Of a DNA stretch of 58,263 bases, positions 29,301-38,722 are shown piece after piece. The translations under genes and the position numbers were made by a program. How positions within the stretch are numbered: position 1 is the first letter of the stretch; each line of letters begins with the position of its first letter. Under the pieces are notes generated by a model, which did no database searches, was not told the origin of the DNA, and saw only the letters and a list, made by a program, of their open reading frames with translations. The stretch spans positions 1 through 58,263 of the forward strand of contig JBFFQB010000004.1 of assembly GCA_041573795.1 (NCBI GenBank). Direction: 5' to 3'. Origin of the DNA: Anaerolineales bacterium (GTDB taxonomy: Bacteria; Chloroflexota; Anaerolineae; Anaerolineales; E44-bin32).

Positions 29301-30389
29301 TTAATCGCTAAAGGCCGGGGTGGATGTGGCGGCTTGTTCGGTGGCGACGCGGATATCATCACGGTTCAAGCCATAGAAGATATCGGCTCCCTCGTCCGTC
29401 AGACCGCTGAATGTGAAGCTGGTGTTGGTGGGGTCTACCGGCTCAGTCCCCCAATTGCGCAGTGCGGCCAGTATGACGCCGTCACTACTCACATAGAGAG
29501 ACGGCTGTGGGATATTGTTATCGCCCCAGCGTAGCCCAAAAACATCCCAAGAACTCTCCGAGGCGTTCCAGAGGTAGAGCTCCAGGGTCAGTGGTGCAGG
29601 TTCTTCCGGATTTATTAGGTGGAAGGTCAGCGTTGCGACAACTTGTAGCGTGAATTCATCGGAGGGCTCAAAGCGATATGCCTGAAAAGCTCCCGGGAAG
29701 ATCGTGATCGGTCCGCTTCCGTCGTTAACATCCACCGGGATTGCAGACGCTATTTCGGGAAAGGATTCTGGGGTTGGAGGTTGTTCGGTCGGCTCTTCGG
29801 GTGTGGGGGTGAGCGTGGGCGTGGGAGTTGCTGTCGGGGGACGAGGCGTCGGTGAAAGCGTTGGGGTCCAAGTGGGGATGCTCGCAAGTGAAGAGCTTGT
29901 GCTCCTGGAGGTAGGTGCCGGGCCTTGGGGTGTCGGGGCAGCGGTTTCAGTGGGCGCAGAGGCCACACCAGCCAGCAAGCTGCTTAGAGCCTCACTCAGT
30001 GGACCTTCCAGGTAGCCGCTAGAATCGAGAAACACATAACCGCCCCCGCCGATTATGACTAGAATCGTAAAGATACCTAGGAGGACCAGGACCAGGGTCT
30101 GACGGCCACGGGGACGGCCACCAGCCTTGGATTTACGCGAGGAGCGACTGCTCGGAGCTAATCCCAGGCGTTGGCGGGCACCATCGTGGTCAGGGTTCAG
30201 AGCGAGGACTTTCTTGAAGCAGTAGAGGCGCTGTTGGTTATCGTCGACGCTCAATCCCAGATACCACCAGGCGGCTTCGGACTCGGGGTTCTCAAGGACA
30301 ACTTTGCTGAGCAATGCGCGGCCACGGGTCCGATCACCTGCTCGGACTGCTGCAATGCCTTCACGTAAAAGACTGTCGTCCGCCATCAT
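29301..30389 (-). CDS. TPR-containing membrane protein with a Pro/Thr-rich linker
   Basis: N-terminal TPR (AAWWYLG, KVLALNPDH), single TM, PT-rich linker, C-terminal beta-rich domain. Confidence 0.8.
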   Translation of the reverse strand: MMADDSLLREGIAAVRAGDRTRGRALLSKVVLENPESEAAWWYLGLSVDDNQQRLYCFKKVLALNPDHDGARQRLGLAPSSRSSRKSKAGGRPRGRQTLVLVLLGIFTILVIIGGGGYVFLDSSGYLEGPLSEALSSLLAGVASAPTETAAPTPQGPAPTSRSTSSSLASIPTWTPTLSPTPRPPTATPTPTLTPTPEEPTEQPPTPESFPEIASAIPVDVNDGSGPITIFPGAFQAYRFEPSDEFTLQVVATLTFHLINPEEPAPLTLELYLWNASESSWDVFGLRWGDNNIPQPSLYVSSDGVILAALRNWGTEPVDPTNTSFTFSGLTDEGADIFYGLNRDDIRVATEQAATSTPAFSD

Positions 30390-30572
30390 TCAACCTTATA
30401 GGCCTCGTAATTCAATTGAACATGAATTACGGCAGATAGATCATTCTCAAGGTTAGATTGTAGAACTCCTACGCCCTTGGGTCAATCCAACCTTAGATAC
30501 CAGGGAGAACAAAGTACTAGGATTCCCCTGACAGCCTGGACGAGCGCGCTTTTTCCCACTGAAGGCGATCCG

Positions 30573-32348
30573 TTAGCGTGGCTGACCAAGTTTCAAACGC
30601 TCTTGATCAATAATTTCTTCATCCAGCTTGGGGAACAGTGGGTCGGGTTGTAATAATGCCTGACCGGGCGCGAGTTGGCTGGGTTGCCAGCGCCCTCGCG
30701 CATTTGTCCCATCATAGACAAGCGCTTTATGGGACCGCTGCTCCTCTTGAAAATTCTCGATGCGCAATTCGCCAAAGAGTTGATCTTGATAACCAAGAGT
30801 CCGGTGGAGTTGCTCTGAGCTGAAGGGTAAGAATGGCGAAAAAAGGGTTTTGAGCGAATCGATCGCCTTGAGGGCAGTGTAGACTGTGGTCGCGGCCTTC
30901 AGTGGATCATCCTTGATCACGCTGAACCATGGAGCCTGATCGAGGTAGGCGTTGGCTTCGCGCGCCAGTGCAAGGGCTTCATTTAGCGCGGCCCGTAAAT
31001 TAACTGCGGAAAGTTTCTCGCCCACTGTTCCGAATCCCGCCTCCATTTTTTCAATCAATTCCTGGTCTTCCGGCCGTAAATCTCCCGGCTGCGGTACCAC
31101 ACCCTCCCAATGCTTATAGGCAAAGGACAAGACTCGGTTGGCGAGGTTGCCCCACGCGGCCACAAGCTCGTCGTTGTTGCGACGGACGAATTCAGACCAG
31201 GAGAAATCGCTATCGCGTGCTTCTGGCATCGCTGCGGCGACATAGAAGCGGATCGCATCCGGGTGGTAGCGCTCGAGGATATCCGGCAACCATACTGCCC
31301 AATTGCGACTCTTACTGAACTGCGCCCCTTCGATGTTCATGAATTCATTGGCTGGTATGTCATAGGGTAGGTTCAAAGGCCGGTTTTCCGGTTCATCGTA
31401 GATGCTCTTGATGCCCAATAGCTCGGCCTGCCAGATCACTGTGTGGAAGGGGATGTTGTCCTTGCCAATGAAGTTGAAGATCTTAGCCTGGGGGTTGAAC
31501 CACCATTCCTTCCAGGCTTCGGGCTGACCGATGTTGTGAGCCCATTCAACTGAGGCGGTGAAGTAGCCCATTACGGCCTCAAACCAGACATACAGGCGCT
31601 TGGTATCCCAACCGTCAAGCGGCACTGGGACACCCCACTCAACGTCGCGCGTGACCGGACGTCCTTTCAACCCGCCCTCGATGAAGTTGCGGGCGAAGTT
31701 GATCACGTTCGGTCGCCAGGTAGCCCCCTGTCGTTCAAGATAGGCGAGCAGTTCATCGGTAAAGGCTGGCAGATCGAGAAAGAAGTGCTCCGTTTCACGC
31801 ACGATTGGTTTGCTGCCATCGGTTTTACTGCGGGGATTAATCAGTTCAAGAGCATCTAGAAGATTACCGCAATTATCACATTGATCCCCTCGGGCTTCCT
31901 CGTAACCGCAGATCGGACAGGTCCCTTCAACGTAGCGATCTGGTAGAAATCGATCTTCGGCTTCAGAATAGAGCTGCTGTTGCGTTTGACGGTAGAGGTA
32001 CTCGTTTTCGTAAAGGCGAGTAAAGAAGTCTTGTGCTATGCGATGATGATTTTCGGTGTCCGTATGTGTAAATAGGTCGTAGCTAATCCCGATGCTTTGC
32101 TGTGCCTCCAGAAAGCGCTGATGATAAAACTCGAATAGCTCACGCGGAGACTTGCCCTGTTTATCGGCTTCAACTGTGATTGGCGTACCATGCGAATCAG
32201 ATCCAGATACCATCAGAACACGGTTGCCTCTCAGGCGATGATAACGAGCGAAGATATCCGCCGGCAAGTAAGCTCCAGCCAGGTGGCCAACATGCAGATC
32301 CCCATTGGCGTAAGGCCAGGCTACAGAGACATGGATGATTTCAGTCAT
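30573..32348 (-). CDS. metG: Methionine--tRNA ligase
   Basis: AWPYANGDLHVGH, Zn knuckles CPIC/CDNC, GKDNIPFH, FSKSR; no C-terminal dimerisation domain. Confidence 0.98.
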   Translation of the reverse strand: MTEIIHVSVAWPYANGDLHVGHLAGAYLPADIFARYHRLRGNRVLMVSGSDSHGTPITVEADKQGKSPRELFEFYHQRFLEAQQSIGISYDLFTHTDTENHHRIAQDFFTRLYENEYLYRQTQQQLYSEAEDRFLPDRYVEGTCPICGYEEARGDQCDNCGNLLDALELINPRSKTDGSKPIVRETEHFFLDLPAFTDELLAYLERQGATWRPNVINFARNFIEGGLKGRPVTRDVEWGVPVPLDGWDTKRLYVWFEAVMGYFTASVEWAHNIGQPEAWKEWWFNPQAKIFNFIGKDNIPFHTVIWQAELLGIKSIYDEPENRPLNLPYDIPANEFMNIEGAQFSKSRNWAVWLPDILERYHPDAIRFYVAAAMPEARDSDFSWSEFVRRNNDELVAAWGNLANRVLSFAYKHWEGVVPQPGDLRPEDQELIEKMEAGFGTVGEKLSAVNLRAALNEALALAREANAYLDQAPWFSVIKDDPLKAATTVYTALKAIDSLKTLFSPFLPFSSEQLHRTLGYQDQLFGELRIENFQEEQRSHKALVYDGTNARGRWQPSQLAPGQALLQPDPLFPKLDEEIIDQERLKLGQPR

Positions 32349-32389
32349 AATGAACCTCGTTCAGCAGGAGTGATGGAAACCTTTACGGC

Positions 32390-32418
32390 AAAAGAAACCG
32401 CCAGCTTGAGGCTGGCGG
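32390..32418 (-). terminator. Attenuator terminator in the metG leader
   Basis: Minus strand CCGCCAGC-CTCAA-GCTGGCGG-TTTCTTTT, about 40 nt before the metG ATG. Confidence 0.8.
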
Positions 32419-32444
32419 GAGTAAGCTGCCGGGGCAAATTGCGA

Positions 32445-32540
32445 TCAAGCGCATCTGGCCCGAGCCGATGAGCCTCGCTCCATCGGCGACGGCAGACAAC
32501 ACATGACCATTGGAAGGCTACGAACGAGAAGCGGTTTCAC
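32445..32540 (-). CDS. Putative metG leader peptide (31 aa)
   Basis: GAGG RBS, GTG start, MKPLLVRSLPMVMCCLPSPMERGSSARARCA*; lies between a promoter and the terminator. Confidence 0.55.
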   Translation of the reverse strand: MKPLLVRSLPMVMCCLPSPMERGSSARARCA

Positions 32541-32572
32541 GTAGACCTCGAATCTTTTCGTCGATGGTTTGT

Positions 32573-32600
32573 ATTCTACACTGTGCCGATACCAAGTCAA
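32573..32600 (-). promoter_or_regulatory. Sigma70-type promoter for the metG leader
   Basis: TTGACT-N16-TAGAAT. Confidence 0.65.
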
Positions 32601-32615
32601 GCAGTTGGCGCCGAA

Positions 32616-32954
32616 TCAGGGAAGATAGCCATCTGCCCGTGCCGCAAAGACGAAATCAGCTTCACTGAGACCACCGATACTATGGGTCCAAATCGTCAGC
32701 GTCACTTTACCCCAGGTGAGGCATAGCTCAGGGTGATGATCGACCTCTTCGGCCAAAGCACCTACTTTATTGGTAAAGTCAAGCGCCTCCTGGAAGTCCT
32801 TGAATGAATATGTTTTTTGAAGGTGATGGTCATCAATCAACATCCATTCCTGTCCCAGCATGGCGTATAACTCGGCCAAAGATTGTCCTGTAAGGGCGCG
32901 CTGGCCTTCACCTCGAGGGGGTACTAGCTCGCGCTGAGCTAACTCGCTCATCAT
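32616..32954 (-). CDS. Pterin-4-alpha-carbinolamine dehydratase
   Basis: FKDFQEALDF, AEEVDHHPEL, WTHSIGGLSEADF. Confidence 0.93.
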   Translation of the reverse strand: MMSELAQRELVPPRGEGQRALTGQSLAELYAMLGQEWMLIDDHHLQKTYSFKDFQEALDFTNKVGALAEEVDHHPELCLTWGKVTLTIWTHSIGGLSEADFVFAARADGYLP

Positions 32955-33028
32955 TCACTCCTGTAAGCTAAGATCAAAAGGATTGTATCAGGCCGCTCTA
33001 ACGTTGGCGGGTCATGGCTCTGGGGAGG

Positions 33029-34897
33029 CTAGGCTTTGCCGCGGATGGCTTCGATGATCTCAGCAGCCATATCATAGCGGCTGAAAGGGGGCATGAGGTA
33101 GACACCTTGGACCATGGTGGAGAGAGCGTCGAAGAGCTCAATCGCTACTTGAATACCGGTCTTAGGCGCATCATCCCCCGCCTTTTCTATCCGGGACAGT
33201 ATTGGGTCAGGGATTTGAATGCCCGGTACTTCGTGGTGCAGGAAAGATGCATGGCGGGCGTTGTAGAGCGGTAGCAAACCAACCAGAATCGGCAGATGTA
33301 GCTCCCCGAAGCGAGCCTCATAGGTCTCTATAAACTTAGCAGCCAGTTCAGGCTCATACACTGGTTGGGTCAAGGCGAAGCTCGCCCCGGCTGCAAGCTT
33401 CTTCTGCAACAACTGCATCTCCCGATCGAGATCCTGTGCACACAAATTAAGAGCACAACCAGTGAAAAATGAGGTTGCTTCTCCAATGTCACTCCCGGCA
33501 TGATCGACACCCTGGTTGAATCCCTGTTGAATCAATTGAATCAGTCCAGTCGGCACCAGGTCGTAGTCATCCATGGCATCAGGGTAATCGCCGATGGCGG
33601 TGGGATCCCCCATGACAACAAATACGTTGCGAACACCAAGCGCATGAGCGGCGAGCAGGTCGCCCTGGACGCGCAGCAAGTTGCGCCCGCGAGTGGGAAA
33701 GTGCAAAACGGTCTCTAGGCCAACCTGCGACTGGATCAATTGGCAGACTGCCCAGGGACTCATACGCATGCGTGCCATCGGGCTATCGGCAACGTTGATG
33801 ACATCAGCGCCGGCTTCGGCTAGTAAACTGGCGCCCGCCAGCAGCTTGTGTGTGGAGAAGCCGCGCGGTGGATCCATTTCGACCGATATGACGAGACGAT
33901 CTTCTTCAAATAAACGCGCTAACTTCGTTGGTGGTTCACTGGAAGCGGAGGGTGTGGTGCTGATCACTTCGAGGTCAAGGGCTTCAGGTTCAAGGCAAAC
34001 CCCCTCGCCTTCATCCAGTGCCTGGCGCATTGCAGCGATATGATCGGGCGTGGTCCCACAACACCCGCCAATAAAGACCGCGCCGGCCTCGCAAAAGGAG
34101 CGGGCATAATCGCCGAAATACTCAGCGGTTGCGGGGTACATGATGCGACCCGATACGCGCTCGGGCCAACCGGCATTGGGCATGACTGCATAGTGTGCCT
34201 GGGGAGCAGCACTCCGCATCAACGATAGGATCCTTAGGAGTTGCGCCGGCCCACTTGAACAATTCGCACCGATGATGTCTACACCTAATTCGCTTAATGT
34301 TCGGGCGACATGCTGGGGAGAATCGCCCAGGAGCGTACGGTCGTCACGGGTGAAGGTTAGCGTCGCCACCACGGGCAGCTGGCATACCGCTCTAGCGGCG
34401 CGTACCGCTTCCGCTACCTCATGCAGGTCGGTTTGTGTCTCAACCATCAGTAGATCGCTCCCTGCTTCTGCAAGGGCTTCGATCTGTTCCCTAAATGCGT
34501 CGAAGGCCTGCTCAGGTTGTACCCGACCAAACGGGGCCAGGCGTACACCCAGGGGCCCGACGCTGCCAGCAATCAGGATGGGTTTGAAGGATGCCTCAAC
34601 GGCGCGTTGAGCTAGTTTGACAGCTGCCTGGTTGATCTCACGCACCTTATCTTCCAGGCCATGGGCGCTGAGCTTGTAACGATTCGCGCCGAAGGTGTTT
34701 GTCTCGATGATCTGTGCGCCGGCACTAATATATTCCTGATGAATCTCGGCGACGAGGGCGGGCTGTGTCAGGTTAAGTTCATCAAAGCAGGCATTAAAGG
34801 AGACACCGCGGCTGTGGAGCATGGTGCCCATGGCACCGTCGGCCAGGATGATGCCATCCTTTTCAAGCAGCTCTTGGAGGAGATCGGGGTTTGCCAT
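33029..34897 (-). CDS. yitJ: Bifunctional homocysteine S-methyltransferase / methylenetetrahydrofolate reductase
   Basis: DGAMGT, GANCSSGP, GGCCGT; C-terminal MTHFR motifs VEMDPP, NVADSPMARMRM, TQPVY. Confidence 0.93.
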   Translation of the reverse strand: MANPDLLQELLEKDGIILADGAMGTMLHSRGVSFNACFDELNLTQPALVAEIHQEYISAGAQIIETNTFGANRYKLSAHGLEDKVREINQAAVKLAQRAVEASFKPILIAGSVGPLGVRLAPFGRVQPEQAFDAFREQIEALAEAGSDLLMVETQTDLHEVAEAVRAARAVCQLPVVATLTFTRDDRTLLGDSPQHVARTLSELGVDIIGANCSSGPAQLLRILSLMRSAAPQAHYAVMPNAGWPERVSGRIMYPATAEYFGDYARSFCEAGAVFIGGCCGTTPDHIAAMRQALDEGEGVCLEPEALDLEVISTTPSASSEPPTKLARLFEEDRLVISVEMDPPRGFSTHKLLAGASLLAEAGADVINVADSPMARMRMSPWAVCQLIQSQVGLETVLHFPTRGRNLLRVQGDLLAAHALGVRNVFVVMGDPTAIGDYPDAMDDYDLVPTGLIQLIQQGFNQGVDHAGSDIGEATSFFTGCALNLCAQDLDREMQLLQKKLAAGASFALTQPVYEPELAAKFIETYEARFGELHLPILVGLLPLYNARHASFLHHEVPGIQIPDPILSRIEKAGDDAPKTGIQVAIELFDALSTMVQGVYLMPPFSRYDMAAEIIEAIRGKA

Positions 34898-34901
34898 GGC
34901 A

Positions 34902-37900
34902 TCATTCTCGCATGAGCTGTTCAACCCGGCTCACGCCAACGTTGAAATACTTCGCCTGTGGGTGATGTACGATGATCGCCGCGGTCGACTGTTCCGGGAT
35001 CAGTTGAAAGGCAGGAGAAAGGCTCATTCCCAGCGCTTCCTCAGCTGGGAGCAGGTGGAAGACCTTGGCGTGATCCTCTAACTCCGGGATGGCGGGATAA
35101 CCCCATGAATAGCGTTTGCCCTGATCGGATTGAAGCTTTAATTCTCGGCGGATGTGGCGATGGAGGTACTCGGCCGCTGCTTCTGCAGTCTGGACGGCAA
35201 GTCCATGGGTGAAATACGACTCGCTGTAATCGTCGCTTGTTTGAAGTTCATCGAAGCGTTCTGTTGCTTCCTTTCCCACACTTACTACCTGCAGGGCGAG
35301 GACATCGAACTCCCCAGAATCGAGCGGGAGAAAATAATCAGAAAGACAAAGACCCTCGCCGCTTATCTGGCGTGGGAATGAAAAGCGCACAAGCTCCTGT
35401 GGCTCTCCCTGGATCGTGTCAGGATCGAAGACAAGTAGATCATTTCCTTCGGATACAGCAGGCCAGTAGCCATAAACGCCATGGGGTTTTAACCAACCTT
35501 CGTTTAATGCCTGCCGTTGCATCTGCTCCAGGCGTGTCTCATATTCTTTTCGCAACCGATCCCAATCCTCGCCATGTGTATTCTTGGCGCCCCATGAAAG
35601 ACGGAAGAGCTCGTTCTTGGCCAGGTGCTGGAAGACCGCCTCGAGCGGCATGCGTTCGACTATATGGGGACCCCATTGCGGCGGTTGTGGAATTTGCTGT
35701 GCCGGCATGATTTGCGCCTTACGGCTGACCGTTGCTGTGCCACCCTGATCTTTTTGGATCTCTCGCTCAGCCTGCTGCAAGCGATCCTGAAGCAAGGATT
35801 CCCGTCGTGTTTCGTCCTGAAGTTGGTCCATCACATCCAGACCCTCAAAGGCATCTTTACAGTAGAACACGCCACCACCATAAGGGGTATTCTCTTCAGG
35901 GAAGAGGATGCGTCGGCCAAAGCGGCGGTTGATCGCGGCACCCCCGATGAGAACGGGAATTTGCAGGTCTCGTCGATGGAGCTCATTCACGATCAATGGC
36001 ATCTGCTTACTGGTACTCACGAGCAAGGCGCTCAACCCGATTGCATCCGCTTCCCATTCGATGGCGGTGTCGATGATCAGGTTGGCAGGGACCTGTTTCC
36101 CCAGGTCCTGTACCGTGTAGCCATTGTTGGAAAGAATCGTTTTCACCAGGTTCTTACCGATATCGTGTACATCGCCGTAAACGGTGGCCAGCACAACTTT
36201 ACCCTTGCTGACCCCTTCCTGCACATCAAGGTAGCCTTCAAGGTGGGAGACGGCTAGCTTCATTACCTCGGCGGACTGCAAGACGAAGGGCAGGATCAAT
36301 TCGCCGGATCCGAACTTGTCGCCGACTTCCTTCATTGCCGGCAGGAGAACGGAGTTGAGTACCTCGACAGCTCGGGCCGACTGCTCTTCTGGCCCTGCGG
36401 TGGAAAGGAGCAGATCGATACCCTCCGGCACGCCCTCCTTATGGCGATGAACGATACTCCAATGTAGTCGTTCGGCAGGTGACATTCCTGCGGTGGGATC
36501 ACTGGCGCTATCAGTGGGTTCAAGCGTCACCGATTCGAAGTGTTCGATCAGTTTTTGCAAGGCCTCTGGATGGCGATTAAAGATTAGGTCATCAACCAAC
36601 TTCTGTTCCTCAGGCGGAATTTCTCCATAGGGTGTGATGTGCGCCGGATTGACAATGGCCATATCCAAGCCGGCATCGACACAGTGGTGAAGCATGATGC
36701 TGTTAAGAACACGACGAGCCTGTGGACTGAGTCCAAACGAGACATTCGAGACGCCCAGAGATGTTAGCGTGCCTGGTAGCGCAGCTTTGATCTGGCGGAT
36801 GCCCTCAATCGTCTCGATGGCCGAATTTTCATACTCCGGATCACCCGTGGCGAGCGTGAAAGTCAACGCATCAAAGATCAAATCTTCTGGTTCGAGACCG
36901 TACTCCGTGACCGCAATGCTGTAGATTCGCTGGGCGATCTCGAGCTTGCGCTGGGCGGATTTCGCCATGCCCTCCTCATCGATGGTCAAGGCGATCACGG
37001 CTGCCCCGTGTTCTTTAGCCAGGGTAAGGACGCGATCTAGTTTTTCGCGACCGGCCTCCAGGTTTACGGAGTTGAGCAAGGCGCGACCCGGGTTGATCTT
37101 AAGGGCGGCTTCCATCACTTCGGGTTCAGTCGTGTCAATCACCAGGGGCGCTTCGACTGTCATGGCCAAACGATGGATGACCTCGGCCATCATCTCAGGC
37201 TCATTGCTGCGTTCTGTCAGGGCTACGCAAATGTCGAGAACGTGGGCGCCCCCTTCGATCTGATCACGGGCAAGTTCGACAATGGCATCGTAATCCTCAG
37301 CCAGCAAAAGGCGTTTGGCGCGGCGCGAGCCCTGTGTGTTGATGCGCTCACCAATGAGTAAGGGTCGCGGCTCTTGATGTAAGGGAACACTGCGAACGGC
37401 TGAGCTAAGATGTGGCGGGTGATGTTCTGGCCGTGGTGGGCGCTCATGCTGGCCGACTGCTTCGACCAGCAACTTGAGGTGCTCTGGTGTGGTCCCGCAG
37501 CAACCACCGACAACGCCAACGTTATACTTCTCGACAAACTCGAGCATATCCTCTTTGAAAGGTTCTGGCTCGAGTGGATATACCGCCTGTCCGTCGACGT
37601 TGAGGGGTAATCCAGCGTTCGGGATACAGGACACAGGCAAGGTGGCGTTTTCTCCCAGAAAGCGGATTGGTTCGCGCATGTGCTCGGGGCCGGTAGAGCA
37701 ATTTAATCCTACAAGATCGATGGGCAGGCGCTCGAGAATATTCAACGCGGCACCAATATCGGTGCCCAACAACATGCGCCCTGAAGTGTCGAGAGTCACC
37801 TGGGCTTGGATCGGAAGGCTTTTTCCGGCCTGCTCGAAGGCTTGCTGAAATCCCTGGATGGCAGCCTTGACTTCGAGGATATCTTGGGAGGTCTCGATGA

Positions 37901-38405
37901 GCAGCAGGTCAGCGCCTCCTTCGATTAGACCGAGTGCTTGTTCGGCAAAGATATCCACCAGTTCATCGAAGCTGATATCGGAAAGGTCGGGGTCGTTGGC
38001 TGAAGGTAGTTTTCCAGTGGGTCCGACAGAACCTGCGACAAAGCGCGGTTTTTCGGCAGTAGCGTATTCATCTGCCAGGTCGCGTGCTAACCGTGCTGCC
38101 GCAACATTAATGGCGTGAACTTGATCTTCGAGAGCATACTCACCAAGGGTGATGCGGTTTGCACGGAATGTATTGGTCTCGATCACGTCAACACCGACGT
38201 CGAGGAATGATCGATGGACGCGTTCTACCGCCTCGGGTTTGCTGATCACCAGGTGGTCGTGGCAGCCTTCGAGGTGGTCCCCGCCAAAGTCCGCTGCTGT
38301 CAGTTCTTGGGCTTGCAGACTGGTTCCCATGGCGCCGTCAAATACAAGCACTCGCTTCTCAAGTGCGTCAAGATAGGCTCGGTGGGTGATCTCACGCTGC
38401 TTCAA
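34902..38405 (-). CDS. metH: Cobalamin-dependent methionine synthase
   Basis: GGCCGT, IGERIN, GDVHDIGKN (B12-binding), reactivation domain SWGYP...PEQST. Confidence 0.97.
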   Translation of the reverse strand: MKQREITHRAYLDALEKRVLVFDGAMGTSLQAQELTAADFGGDHLEGCHDHLVISKPEAVERVHRSFLDVGVDVIETNTFRANRITLGEYALEDQVHAINVAAARLARDLADEYATAEKPRFVAGSVGPTGKLPSANDPDLSDISFDELVDIFAEQALGLIEGGADLLLIETSQDILEVKAAIQGFQQAFEQAGKSLPIQAQVTLDTSGRMLLGTDIGAALNILERLPIDLVGLNCSTGPEHMREPIRFLGENATLPVSCIPNAGLPLNVDGQAVYPLEPEPFKEDMLEFVEKYNVGVVGGCCGTTPEHLKLLVEAVGQHERPPRPEHHPPHLSSAVRSVPLHQEPRPLLIGERINTQGSRRAKRLLLAEDYDAIVELARDQIEGGAHVLDICVALTERSNEPEMMAEVIHRLAMTVEAPLVIDTTEPEVMEAALKINPGRALLNSVNLEAGREKLDRVLTLAKEHGAAVIALTIDEEGMAKSAQRKLEIAQRIYSIAVTEYGLEPEDLIFDALTFTLATGDPEYENSAIETIEGIRQIKAALPGTLTSLGVSNVSFGLSPQARRVLNSIMLHHCVDAGLDMAIVNPAHITPYGEIPPEEQKLVDDLIFNRHPEALQKLIEHFESVTLEPTDSASDPTAGMSPAERLHWSIVHRHKEGVPEGIDLLLSTAGPEEQSARAVEVLNSVLLPAMKEVGDKFGSGELILPFVLQSAEVMKLAVSHLEGYLDVQEGVSKGKVVLATVYGDVHDIGKNLVKTILSNNGYTVQDLGKQVPANLIIDTAIEWEADAIGLSALLVSTSKQMPLIVNELHRRDLQIPVLIGGAAINRRFGRRILFPEENTPYGGGVFYCKDAFEGLDVMDQLQDETRRESLLQDRLQQAEREIQKDQGGTATVSRKAQIMPAQQIPQPPQWGPHIVERMPLEAVFQHLAKNELFRLSWGAKNTHGEDWDRLRKEYETRLEQMQRQALNEGWLKPHGVYGYWPAVSEGNDLLVFDPDTIQGEPQELVRFSFPRQISGEGLCLSDYFLPLDSGEFDVLALQVVSVGKEATERFDELQTSDDYSESYFTHGLAVQTAEAAAEYLHRHIRRELKLQSDQGKRYSWGYPAIPELEDHAKVFHLLPAEEALGMSLSPAFQLIPEQSTAAIIVHHPQAKYFNVGVSRVEQLMRE

Positions 38406-38445
38406 TTAGAACTCTCCTGCGTGTGCTATTCACGCCATGGCGAAG

Positions 38446-38626
38446 AAAAACCTCTTCGTGGAAGAAGAGGCTCGACGTGGACTCACGTGCTTCCTCTCAT
38501 CTTCCAGACGGTTATGCTCGCCGTATAACCTTCTGCCGGAGTTGGCACCTTCCGCCTTGATGATCTACAAGGACAAGGGTTGCCGAGGCTTCTTCGGGCC
38601 GGTCCCTCCGCCTCTCTCGATGAGTA
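38446..38626 (-). promoter_or_regulatory. SAM-I (S-box) riboswitch with terminator
   Basis: Minus strand CTCATCGAGAG..GGAGGGACCGGCCC..GGCAACC...GGTGCCAACTCC...GAAGATGAG, then CCTCTTC/GAAGAGG-TTTTT. Confidence 0.95.
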
Positions 38627-38722
38627 TTCCGGACATTTAATTGTTGATAAGTTTTGTCAGTTTACCATGCGCAGAAAACGGATGTCAATTGTCTGCAAGA
38701 TATGGACTGAGGCCGTCGATTG

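Noticed and set aside
29780-29960. Low-complexity GT-rich quasi-repeats
   Set aside because: They encode the Pro/Thr linker of the TPR protein; not a DNA repeat array
35237-38528. Long antisense ORFs over metH and other genes (for example 35625-36257, 55220-55849, 50788-51366)
   Set aside because: Shadow frames of well-supported genes with no recognisable motifs
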